The translations under genes were made by a program, and so were the position numbers. The notes beneath the pieces were generated by a model. That model saw only the letters and a list, made by a program, of their open reading frames with translations, was not told the origin of the DNA and did no database searches. A stretch of DNA of 64,000 nucleotides. Origin: Azolla caroliniana. Lineage: Eukaryota; Plantae; Polypodiophyta. Numbering within the stretch: the first letter of the stretch is position 1; each line of letters opens with the position of its first letter. The stretch spans positions 2,294,001 to 2,358,000 of the forward strand of contig JBHGNT010000018.1 of the NCBI GenBank assembly GCA_043228905.1. Direction: 5' to 3'. Of the stretch, positions 1-11,533 are shown piece by piece.

Positions 1-598
1 ACAACAACTTAATGACATCAAGGTATCCCGAGAGGACGGTGAAATATCCTCCATAGAGGATATAAAAGATGAGATCAAAAAAGTTAAAGAGGAGGTTAAA
101 AATAACATAGAGTTAGCAAAAACGGGTTGGGTAGATGTGGTTAAAAGAAACATTAAAAAAGAAATAAAGGATGAAAATATTGTTAATACCACCCTCGAAG
201 AGGAGAAAATGCGTCAGGCCCGACGCCTAAATGTGCGTGTCACTGGGCTCAAGGAAGGTGCATCCCCGGACGAGGATGCACAAACACTCAGGAAAATGTT
301 AGGGTACACAACGACCCTACCTATCACCAAAGCTTGGAGGGCCGGACGTGACACAACTAGGAAGAGAGCCTTAGTTCTTCAATTTAAAGACTTAGACTCT
401 AGAATCACTTTCTTTAAGAAGAGACCAATTCTTTGAGGATTGGGTGGGGACCCTATCTATCTCGATGAAGACCTCACCAAGATGCAAATTGAGCATCGCA
501 AGAGTTGTATGCCAAAGGTTATGCAAGCTCGCAAAGACGGGCATCACACCTTTTATCGAGATGGGCGAGTGATCATAAATGATCGCACTACTAATTGA
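1..598 (+). pseudogene. LINE ORF1 C-terminal part, one in-frame TGA at 434-436
   Basis: Coiled-coil-like stretch, then RRLNVRVTGLKE. After the stop the frame continues GLGGDPIYLDEDLTKMQIEHRK...FYRDGRVIIND*, typical of LINE ORF1 RRM/CTD regions. Confidence 0.75.
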
Positions 599-604
599 CG
601 ACGT

Positions 605-3600
605 GTGGCCCATGTGACAAAAAACACACTTAGGATGACCTTATGGAATTGTAACGGTGCACTCTGGACACACCCTGGCCGCCTAGAGGGGATATTAAAG
701 GAATCAGATATAGTTTGCCTAGTAGAAACACACCAAAGCCCAAATAGGGGACTCCCACGAGTCGAAGGATTTCGTTGGGAGTCGGCTTTTAGACAAACCT
801 CACGTCCATGCACTACCAGGGGATCTGGAGGTGTCACAATATTGTTTCGGAGGGAGCTACATAATATGATAGAAATACTGAGCACAGACCCATAAGCTCG
901 TTTTATGTGGGTTAAAGTCTCCACAAGCAAGGACAAGGCAGTAATTTTCGCCATTTGTTACTTCCCCTCGAAAGGCTCTCGTTATAATCTGGCTGGCGAG
1001 GCGAGATTAGTTGATGACGGAGTGCCACATGGGCCTTCCCCATATGAACCTCTATCGGATGACATAATCCGATATTCTTACCAAGGCGAAGTATTCCTTG
1101 TAGGAGACTTTAATGCGAGAACCCAATCCCGACAATGCACAACATTTCAAATGAATAGAAACCTAGAAATGGTAAATGTCGATCCTTCAGACATAGACAC
1201 CACACGTAGATCAAAGGATCAAGGTGCAGACGCCACGAGCTTTGGCCATCATTTGCTCGAACTCGGTAGTCGGCACCAGATGGTCATATATAATGGTTTA
1301 GCCAAGTGGCCAGGTTCGGAAGAGCTCACATGTTTCCCACATGGAGGAGGGGAAAGCACAGTCGATTATCTAATAGGACGCCCTGAAGCTACCCACATGA
1401 TTAACTCCTTCCGAGTGGCCCCATGTCCTATTGGCGCGGACCATAGTTTCTTATACTTCGAGATAAAATGCGATATCTCTAACGTCACCAACTCTAGTCA
1501 ACTACGCCATGACATCACAATACATTTCACACATGAGCCCTTTGACATATATGCTCGACATGTTCAAGCCCATCTCTCCTCCCTTGATCCCTCCCTACCT
1601 TTAGAGAGCCTTAGTACGAAACTCACACACATCCTTCATTCTGCAGCTGTTAGCAGTTTCCCATACTCGAAACACTCCAATCAAGGTAAAGTAGGATCTA
1701 TGCCACAAAATAGATGGTATGATGAGGATTGTAGGTTCCTACATCGACAACTTACAATATCGCAACTCAATGGTAGTATTACCTCAGTACAAGCTCGTAA
1801 AGAAATGCGCAAGATGACACGTCGTAAGAGACGAGCATGGGAGGCATCCCAATATTGGGAACTCTACCACATGCTCATGAGTAGCGATTGTGCCACTGCA
1901 TGGAAAAGATTACGGGAACCAAGACCACAAACACCCATCGAAGATCCCAAAACTTGGCACACTTATACAGAGAGACTTTACCACATCCCAAACCAACCAC
2001 CCATTACAATGCCTTCTACACCCCGACCTACTATGGGGACACTCCTCACGACCTCTAGGGTCACGAAGGTCATAAAGAAATTACAACATAGGAAGTCCAT
2101 GGACCACACAGGATTGCGAGCAAAACACATCATATACGCGAGAGAGTGCCTAGCTCCCTTGCTAACTCTAATCTTCAATTGTGCCCTTGCAGAGGGTTTT
2201 CCATCACAATGGACCATGAACACAGTGGCCCCCATACATAAGGGGGGGGACCCCATGGACCCAAATACTAATAGGACCATTATGATAGGTCATACCCTTG
2301 CTAAATTATATGGTGCAGTAATGGAGGCAGAGCTTAGCGAGTATATGGAGACCTTAAATCTTCGTGCACCTGAACAGGCTGGCTTTAGACGAGCCTTCTC
2401 CACCATTCACCATTTCTTCACACTTAGATGCTTAATTCACCAGACTAAGGCTCGCAAGAAGAAGCTATATTGTTGTTTTGTGGACTTCCGCAAAGCCTTT
2501 GACACGGTCCCTAGAGAGCGGTTGTTTGATAGGCTTAAGAGCTTGAGGATACCAGATGACATGGTCTGGGCCATCTACGCACTATATGAACAAGTGTCCG
2601 GGTGTGTTCGATGCCCAGGTGGCATATCCATTAGTTTCACTAGAACTATTGATGTAAAACAAGGTTGCCCCTTATCTCCAACTCTTTTTGGAATCTACAT
2701 TGATGAGATCACAGATTTTATTGCTCGTAAGGGAGGCAATGGAGTAGTCCTGGGGGATACGTAGGTGCGTATCTTGCTCTATGCAGACGACATAGTTTTG
2801 CTCTCTGAATCCGAACACGACCTACAAAGGCACCTTAATGCCTTAGATGACTTTTGCACACAACGAGGATTGGTAGTGAATCTAGGGAAAACTAAAGTCC
2901 TTATCTTCCACACGTCGGCCCAAGTTAGAGCTAAGTGTCACCTAACTATCTCCCATAGCCCAGTTGAGGTGGTTGGATCATATGTCTATCTCGGAGTCAC
3001 TTTCAGTGCCTGCTCAGGTAAATTTTCGATGACACAAGCAACGAAGGATAGACTTACAAGAGGACATGCATCCCTCTCACTCCTCGAGAGACAATGCCAC
3101 CAAGCATACTTCCAAGAGCCACGAACTAAAGGGTGGCTCTTTGACTCATTAGTGACTCCCTCTCTCATGTATGCATCAGCGGTTTGGGCCCCAAGACTAC
3201 CATCTTTCATGTGGATGCAATTAGAGAGACCATTGGTGATGATGTTATCATGCCAACTCCGAAGCAAATCGTCGGTCCCACATGACATTATTAGGGCTGA
3301 GTTCACTCTACCCCCTATGTTAGTAGAAGCACTTTTTCAACTGGTAGTCTTTATACACAGGATACATAACCAACCACTTGATAGAATATCCCACCAAGCC
3401 TTTAAGGCTTCTCGAGCACTGTATGAGTCCGGCTATACTAGCTCATGGTATGGCATGATGGTGAGTTGGCTTCTTGCCAATGGTCTAGACATTACTAACC
3501 TCCCCCCCTTAAGTACGACGACACGACTGATAACACTTTAATCTCTCATGAGGACCGTAATAAAGTAATACGCCAAGAAATATGGCAAATTTATACTCGG

Positions 3601-4350
3601 TATAAATGGATCACCCCACTAGAGCCACTCCCATCTAAAATGTCGTACTATAAGGAACACTTTATGCACTTCTCTGAGTTAGGTTTTATCACGCGCCCAA
3701 AATATCTAGATGTATTCTTACCACATGCACTAAGGGTTGCCATTGGTCAACTTAGAATATCATCTCACCAACTTGAGATTGAGAATGGACGTACTAATGG
3801 AGTCCCTAGGGAGGAAAGGATATGTAGGTTATGCCACATAGAGATAGAGGATGAGTACCATTTTACATGCAAATGCCCCACCTATGCCGAGATAAGGGCA
3901 AAATACCAAGACATACTTGGTTCCTCTCCCACCCTCCCTAAACTATTAGATACAATAGATATGAAGAAATTAGGTAGATACATCTTAGAATTGAAACAAC
4001 ACAGAGAGAATAAATTACAAAATGTTGATAATAATGTTGTTATTGTTTACCAACATATAACAAATGAAGTTTTTCAGGAACAGGGGGAGACAATGAATGT
4101 CGACACACCTGCACCACTCGGACTTCTCCTTGATGAAGCAGAAAATCAAAGAAGAACCAAACGCCCTCGGATGCCGGGTTTGAAAGCAACTCGACGAGAT
4201 GTAGAAGCAATAAAGAAAATAAGGGAACGTGAACTACACCGCCTAGAAGCCATGGCTAGGGCGCTCTATGCATCGGGGACCATGGGTCACACCCACACCA
4301 AAAACTTTTGACCTCCCACTTCTTTTTGAGAGACTTGGGTGGAAATGAGA
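605..4350 (+). pseudogene. LINE ORF2: AP endonuclease + reverse transcriptase + C-terminal CCHC finger (disrupted)
   Basis: APE motifs WNCNG, CLVETH, GSGGV, GDFNAR, TVDY, ADH. RT motifs QAGFR, FVDFRKAFD, KQGCPLSP, LLYADD, YLGV. Finger ERICRLC..EDEYHF..CPTY. Stops at 893-895 and 2762-2764, frameshifts near 3505 and 4280. Confidence 0.93.
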
Positions 4351-4524
4351 TTAGACTTAGTGCAAAGTTTTGTACACTACTAGAACTTTCTTAGCTTAAG
4401 CTATTTTCTTTTATTTTTAGTTTTGATGATTGGATAAACACTCATTTTTGTTGTAACCTATTTGTCTCATGGGCCAAATTTGGCCTTAGAAGACGTTAAT
4501 ATATCTTTCTTTCTTTCTTTTCTT

Positions 4525-5376
4525 TCTCATCTTTTTCCTCCCCTCTTTTATAGATGCCCTCATGTATTTGAGGGTACAAGACACGCATAAAATGCATGTT
4601 TGCCATTTGGCGCTCATGTATTACATGTGGTGCATGATAACCACATCACTCATTTAAGGTCTCATGTATGAGAATTTACATGTAAAACTATAATGACAAA
4701 AATATTATTTCATGAAAATGTCTTGGCTTAGTGGTAAGCCTATATATAGACTCTCAATTTGGAGGTGCAAGGTTCAAATCCACATTTGCACTCCTTGTGT
4801 ATATATAATATACATATATTTATTTATATATCTATCCGGACACCGGTTCACTGGATCCGCCGCCGACCGGTCGGTTCCGGTTTGCTTTCCGGCCAGTTCC
4901 GATTTGCTTTCTGATCGGTTCTGGTTTGCTTACCAGCCAGTTTCGGTTTGCTTTTTGACCGGTTCTGGTTTGCTTACCAGCCGGTTTCGGTTTGGTTTCC
5001 AATTTATTGGCCGGTCCGGTTTGGTTTTCGGCCAATTCCGGTTTCATTACTGGCCGGTTCCATTTTATTGCTAGTCGGTTTTTGGGAATTTGGCCACAAT
5101 CATCTATCTAGACTAAGTGGCCAAAGTGTCTGAGCAGAAATGAAAAATAAGGGATCTTAATGTGCTTATATAGCCAGGGCCTTAACTTTCATATCTATGT
5201 GGGATATTTCACAGTTCTATTTTTCGTTTTTTTCTTTTGCAAACGTTCATACCCACATAACTTGACACTTAGTGTCCATTTCTTATGTAGTAAAGTGCAT
5301 CCGAAAGTTGTTCAAGACCTCCATCCTTTTATAGTTTTATGTGATTTTCACACCATTGCCGAAAATCTTCACGACA
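4525..5376 (-). repeat. E1 3' LTR (portion right of the LINE insertion), with ~45-bp CCGG-rich tandem units at ~4840-5070
   Basis: Ends in cttcacgaca next to the PPT ttggtgggggtgga (minus strand). Repeated gaccggttctggtttgcttaccagccggtttcggtttg units. Confidence 0.88.
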
Positions 5377-5448
5377 TCCACCCCCACCAAACCGCATGTC
5401 CTCTAGTACGTGCCAAGAAAAAAGAGTGTAAGATTTCGGCTATGGTGA

Positions 5449-7877
5449 TCAATTAGATTCCTCCACGTCTTCATTCACATCCGTCATACTATCTTCATCA
5501 TCGAGGTGATCGAGGTCTAGATCCTCGTCTTGTCTTTTCTTGAAAACCTTTACTCTTTTTCCCGCAATGGGTATGGCCAACCTTGATCCATCTAGCTCTG
5601 CAAGGTGGTATGTGGCATTGTCGTTGGCACTTATCACCACATACCGTCGGAACCATCTTCTTACGAACTTTCTTGTTGTACTGTGTTGATTGTCAAGGCT
5701 GCTGTCATAGACCAATACCCAATCTCCTTCTTCGATCCTCTTAGGACGTAGTCGATGCGTCTTGTCGAACTGAATTTTGTTCTTCACTCGGGCTACCTCC
5801 ATCATTTTTCGCGCATGTTCTAGATCTTCAGGTCTCCTTTCAAGTTGCCTTATCCGTGCCGCTAATAATTCTTCTCGACTCATCTCATTCTCCCATGGTA
5901 TCGCTCCCATGAGGCGATCGTCCTTTCGATGGGCATCACCGGCTTTTGTCCATACATAAGCTCCGTTGGCATATACCCTGTAACCGAGCTGTGTGTCGTT
6001 CTGTCGGCCCACAAGGCATAGGGCAATAGTCGTGGCCAATTCCCGACTCGACCGTTGCATGCTCGTACGATGGCTTTGACGATGGGTCCATGCCCTCGCT
6101 CGATCTTCCCATTCACTTTTGGATTGTAGGCAGTCGTGAGGGAGAGCTTCACGCCTAGTCGTTCGAAAAGCTCCATTGCTTCATGTGCGTCCAACTCCCC
6201 TCGGTCAGCGACTATCTTCCCCACACATCCGTATCGGCAGACAACCTCTTCAAGTAGAAATTTTCAAATAGCTGATGTCGTCTTATTTGTCAAGGCCTGC
6301 CCTTCCACTTGATTTGTCAAGTCTTCTCTTGCCAGCACTAAGTACTTCATTTGTCCCACTCCCATTGGCATTGAGACCAGATCAACCATCCATTTGAAGT
6401 GTATGGTGAGCGGGTATGTCGGTCGTAGCTCATCATGATGACGTATGTTGGAATGTACTTGGCAAGTTTCGCATGTGGATACGAAATGGAGTACATCTTT
6501 GTACATGCTTGGCCACCAGTACTTTTCCTTCAACTTTTCGAACGTCGCCCATGTTCCTCTATGACTTGCCCAAGCACTCTCGTGGAATTCGATCATCAGC
6601 GTCACTTGCTCTTCTTTCTTCACCACCACTTAGCGTGGTATTCCCGTTCTTCTTTTTGGGTGTCGCCAAAGGAAGCCTCCCTTCAAGAAGTATCGATAAG
6701 CTTTCTTCCAGATTCGTAGAGCCTCCTCCTTTGTCAACGAAGCATCCGTCGTCATTGTTCTTAAGAATCTGCCGATCAGTAACCACTCTCCTTCGTACTC
6801 ATCGTCGTTGAAGGCGTGGAGGGTTAGAGTGTCCTTGTCTTCCGCCGATAATCGAGCCATCTTGAAGAAGTCGAGGGTGACGTCTTCATCTTCCAAAACC
6901 ATGTCACTTTCACTTTCAAATCTTGCCCTTCACAGCATATCAGCCATGGCATTCTTCTTCCCTGCAATGTGACGGATCTCTGGGTTTTAAGACTTGATAT
7001 AGGCGATCCACCTTAGCATAGCTAGATCTGGGGTTGCACATCCTGAGATCATTCTGAGGATTGGGAGACAATCTATCTCTATTATCACTTCCATCCCGAT
7101 CAGGTAATCTTTGTCCGTCTTCACTGCCGACACAATACCCCAAAGTTCCTGCTTGACTTGGGCATATTTTTGTTGCCGTTCGATGAGAACCTTTGCTCCA
7201 AACTGGATGGCATATCGTGTATTATCTTCTCCTTCTTGGTTGATGACCCACCCGATTCCGGTTGGGCTCGTATCTACAGTCACATAAATTGGCTTCCTTT
7301 CGGTATAATTGTCCTTTCTTAGTGTTGGAGCTTCAAGAAGTAGTTTCTTCAATCTTCACATCATGTTTGTATGCTTGCTTCGCCATTCGCACTTCATTCT
7401 TTTCTTTAGTAGTCCATATAACGGTTCGGCGACATGAGCGTAGTGAGGAATCCAGATATGATAAAACGCGCATGCTCCAAGGAACCTTCGAACCTCCGTT
7501 TGGTTTTCACATTCTTCTTCCATGTCTTGGATCACGTTCACTTTGGATGGCGAAGGCTTCCGGCTGTATGCTCCACACAAGTGACCTACCACCAAGATCT
7601 CTAGTTGCCCGAATGCGGATTTTTCTCCCGAAAATGTCAAATTCGCATATTCAAGCCTTTGAAGCACCTTCTCGCAATCTTTCATATGATCCGCGACAAA
7701 CTTTCTACACCCTTCCTTAGCTTTCGATTCATCTTTCTCCTCATCTGAACATCCTTTTATAAGAATATCATCCAAGAATGGCATCGTGATGTCCGGGATA
7801 CAATCCTTCAAGACTTTGTTCATGGCATTCACCATATGAGCCACCGAGTTCGTTGCACCTTAAGGTAAGGTACACAT
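5449..7877 (-). pseudogene. E1 pol 3' part: RT C-half, RNase H, integrase (stops and frameshifts)
   Basis: MPFLDDILIKG; VTVDTSPTGIG; H..HRG..CETC zinc finger; WMVDLV, ADRGE, NGKIERGH; RWFRRY (GPY-like). Confidence 0.92.
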
Positions 7878-8202
7878 TGTTACCCTACCCGTAAGAATAT
7901 ACAGGGAGGCATAAGGGTAGGTGTAATGATGTGGTTGATGTGTATGTGTAAAGTAAATGAGTGTGTGAGTATGTGTATGGACACATGCACAATTATCTGC
8001 ATGTGTACAAGAATGTGTATTGGTCTTATTTATAATGGTCATGTAACTGTTAAATTGGATGTATTATATAAACCCCTTATGGGAATGTAATGAGATATAC
8101 ACTTTTTTCCGCTTATTTTGGTGTCATTCTTATTTTCACTCTCTCCTCTCTCTCTATCGTAACCCCCTAGAAAGGCTTCACCCCCCACCCCGACAACACT
8201 TT

Positions 8203-8245
8203 TGGCATGCCTGGTGGGACACGAACCCACAATCCCTTGATTAGA
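8203..8245 (-). other. Extended PBS: DNA copy of tRNA-Arg(UCU) nt 34-76
   Basis: Minus strand reads TCT AA TCAAG GGATT GTGGG TTCGTGT CCCAC CAGGCAT G CCA: anticodon, 3' anticodon stem, variable loop, T arm, acceptor strand and CCA at canonical spacing. Confidence 0.8.
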
Positions 8246-9822
8246 GTTTTTACGGCCTTTCGTCCGTTAGCCCGTATCTCCTTTTCTCTGTCGGAGGATT
8301 GGCGTAGTTCTGCTCGAAGACAGTCAATTTCAGATTCCGCTAGCTGCACGACCCTTTTTGCTTTTGAGGCGATGGCGGTCTGAGCCTCGATTTCTTCTTT
8401 GAGAGCGTTGATAACGTGGTTCAGTGGCGGGGTTTCGTGTTGCGCCATAGTCGCGTGAGCTTCCAACTTTGCGATGCGTGCGTTGGCCTTTTGTAGTTCG
8501 GCTTCGGTCAGTTTAACCTTCTTCCAGACATTCTTATTTTTTATGGCCATCTCCTTGGCGCCCGTGCTGACCTTTGCCAGTTCCCGATGGACTTTGACTA
8601 GGGCCGTGTTTAAGGGTGGTATCTCCATCCCTACTCGTCGTACCCCGGCGTTCCTTTGTCTGCGGACCCTGGCTAGCCGGTCCTCATCATCGCTCTCCGT
8701 TGTTTGTGTTAGGGCGCGCTCTATCATCTGACGTTCCGCATGCTCCTCGATCATTCGTTGGGCGGCTTTGACCTGTTGTGTTGCCAGGAACTCCATGAGC
8801 TCGAAAGAGGTACCAAACTGCAAGAGGGCGCTGAATTCGTGGGCCGTATCCGGAATATCCGGATATGCCAAAACCTCGCTTTCCGCCGTCAATACGGCTT
8901 TCCCTCGTTGGGACTGAGTTGTAATAATCGGCCGCGGCTCTTGGATGATTTCGAAGGTGGTATTCGGCTTTGCTGTTGCGGAGCCTTCACCTTCGGTTGG
9001 TGCCTCCGGAGCCGTGGGGGCGTTTTTTACCAACCCTCGCCCATCTTTCCTGTCCAATCTGCGCCGTTTTGGTCTAGGGCTTTCCTGCCGTGCTTCGGTG
9101 TCTGGTTCAGGGGCTGCTTCCATGGGGCGTCTCGGCTGTTCCTCCTGCGTCGCCCGTGTGTCCGGCTGGTCGGTAGGAGGTTTTGTACTTGGGCCTGGTT
9201 GGGCCGACTGGGGTTCCTCCTCCCACTCTGGGGCTACTAACTCCGCTAACCTGCGTTTTGCGGAGCGGGGCGGGGCCGTGGGTTGGCTGGGCTGCGGTGC
9301 TGGCAGGCCTCGGGGTGGAAACAGTACCGTAAGGTATTGTTGGATGATTGGCCTGAGCTTTTTGCCTGCTTGGTACGCATGCAAGCCTTCCCTTAACGCC
9401 GGCCCTGTGATGACCCCCCAGTCGACTGTACACCCTTCAAAGGTGTCGATAATGATGCCCGCCTTCTGCTTAGGCATCTCGTATGCGTTGACATGGATGC
9501 AGCCAATTTCGAGTAGGAACTTGGCAACTTCATGGAAGAAGGGATCCGGAATCTGTTTTGTTCTATAGGTCTTGGCGGAGGATGAATATGGGCCAAAATA
9601 CCGTTGCAGTGCCTCTGTAGGAGGTATTTAGAAATGTCTTTCGCCTAGTGAGGATAAGTCTAACTTCTTCTGAATGGAAGAGTTGGTGACCGTGTCGATG
9701 TTAAGCCGCCTGGCGATGTCCATGGCGTCCGGGTGTGGAGGTGCTTCTGCGACCCGAATGTAACCATCCAGGCGCTTCTCCACTAGCCATCGGCGTAAGG
9801 TAGTAGAGATGAAGATCGGCAT
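8246..9822 (-). pseudogene. Accessory ORF of the Tat-like element (unknown function; globular N-part, low-complexity middle, coiled-coil C-part)
   Basis: MPIFISTTLRRWLVEKRLDGY... one stop at 9628-9630, then ...EGCTVDWGVITG... through ORF 8167-9477. No RT or IN motifs. Truncated at the tRNA copy. Confidence 0.6.
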
Positions 9823-10932
9823 CGCCAGAGTAGGTTCGTGGAGAGGAGACGGGTAGTAGTGGTGAGTTGGAGCTCTAAGATAGGATGGGGAAGAAGGTTC
9901 TCCGGCTTTGTCCCGTTTGTTTGTCAGGCGTTGATGTTCGTATCGCCGACCCCCTTTGGCGTAACTCGGATGTCCACGATAATCCTCGTCCTCCTCGGAC
10001 TCGTTGTGATTCCGGCGATTCCGGTAGTACCGGTCCTCACGCGGGTTGCGATCTTTATACCGGGGTCGGTCTTCTTGCCTCCTTTGTTCCGCCCGGTGCG
10101 GTTGACGCTGTGTGTCCATGCTGCGGACTGCGGGAGTGGCTCTGTTTAACATATTGTACTCGCATTGGTCGACTGTGTGAACCTTCGAGTGGCAGATTGG
10201 GCAGTGGATTTGCATATTGCACTCCACCGCGGAATGCCCCGAGTTCAAGCAAATCGTGCACTGGATTGCTTGACGAAATTGGCGTTCCTCATCCTGAGGT
10301 AACGCCTGTCGTAAGGATGACATCGAAAACCTATCCTCCTCGTCATCCAACTCGAGCTGTAACGCTCGTTCAATCACCATATTCGTCGTTTCCCCTTTCA
10401 CGCTATTCTTGTTGAGCGTTGCCCGGATGGGCTGGCGTAACGCTGCCAGAAATGTCTCCCGAGCCTCCTCCTCCGCGGGGCTTCGATCCAGTTTCCGTCG
10501 TAAATTTTGGAAACGTAAGCTGAAGTCTGCTATCGTCTCGGTCGGTAGTTGCTTAATTGTATAAAACTGCCCGAGAATCTCGCGTTGTGGAACCCTCTGG
10601 TGGAAGAATCGCAAGAAGGCGGACTGCAGCTGATCGAAGGTTGTTATGGCTGGTAAGTCCATCTGTGAATGCTAGAACGCCGCACACCCATCTAATGTTA
10701 ATCCGAACTCCGTCATTTTCGACTGGTGTGCCACCGTCTCGGAGAGATTCTGCGCCATGTGGTTCGCATTCCAAATGTTCAAGAACATGAGAATATGAGT
10801 TGCGGCGTCGGTTTTGCCGTTAAAGCGGGGGTAGGCAAAGGCCATCGTGGGAGTTACGGCGGATCGGAACAGGTCACCGAGTGGCTGCGGTGAACGTGGT
10901 CCCCTCGTCTCGTTGAGGTATTTGGGGAGCAA
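9823..10932 (-). pseudogene. Gag of the Tat-like element (frameshifted; two CCHC knuckles)
   Basis: YPRFNGKTDAATH, FGLTLDG, FYTIKQLPTETIADFSLRF, CTICLNSGHSAVEC, CPICHSKVHTVDQC. Homologous to Gag at 57970-59349. Confidence 0.88.
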
Positions 10933-11030
10933 GGAATCCCCTTTGCACTTCTAGCAGGTAGTACTGAGGTTGCCGATGCGCGGCTTTTGCCGGGCGCGTT
11001 CTTCTACCTGGCGTGTGACGGACCTTGTTA

Positions 11031-11533
11031 TTGGCCGGTCTTGTCTTGTTGGTTCTCTGCGTCATCTGTGGCTAAACATCCATTCGTTGTTGCTCGTCTG
11101 TGAGGAAACACAAATCACCAAGCGTGCCAAAAGTGTTGTCGGGGTGGGGGGTGAAGCCTAGAAAGGCTTCACCCCCCTTCCAAGGGGGTATTCTCGGTCT
11201 GGCCGGTTATATGACCGCCTAGCCGGACCGGCTGTCCGGTTGGCTGTTGGCACCAACTGTCGCCGTCTATCTGTTGGCCGTTGGTCCTGGTCCATCCATT
11301 GTACAACGGTTGTCCGTATTCGGTGTCATCTATGGTTGCTAGACACCGGTTGTCTGGCTGTCTGTCGGCCTTTTTAATTCGCCGGTCTTGTTTTGTTGGT
11401 TCTCTGGGTCGTCTGCGGCTAAACATCCATTCGTTGTTGCTCGTCTGTGAGGAAACACAGATCACCAAGCGTGCCAAAAGTGTTGTCGGGGTGGGGGGTG
11501 AAGCCTAGAAAGGCTTCACCCCCCTCCCAAGGG
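11031..11533 (-). repeat. Two internal copies (~347-bp period) of LTR-end hairpin + PBS + leader
   Basis: 11031-11187 and 11378-11533 are near-identical. Each has ggggggtgaagcct-agaa-aggcttcacccccc and, on minus, cgacaaca-cttttggcacgcttggtg. Confidence 0.9.

Larger units (their letters stand above)
1..4524 (+). mobile_element. Non-LTR retrotransposon (LINE, RTE/RTE-X-like), copy 1; 5' end lies outside the window; inserted into a gypsy LTR
   Basis: ORF1 remnant followed by an APE-RT-CCHC ORF2. A 3' palindrome ggccaaatttggcc (~4472) precedes a (TTTC)n tail at ~4504-4524. Sequence after the tail matches the LTR at 15271 onward. Confidence 0.93.

Noticed and set aside
8203-8245. Functional tRNA gene
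   Set aside because: Only nt 34-76 are present, it includes CCA, and it abuts an LTR; it is a primer copy.
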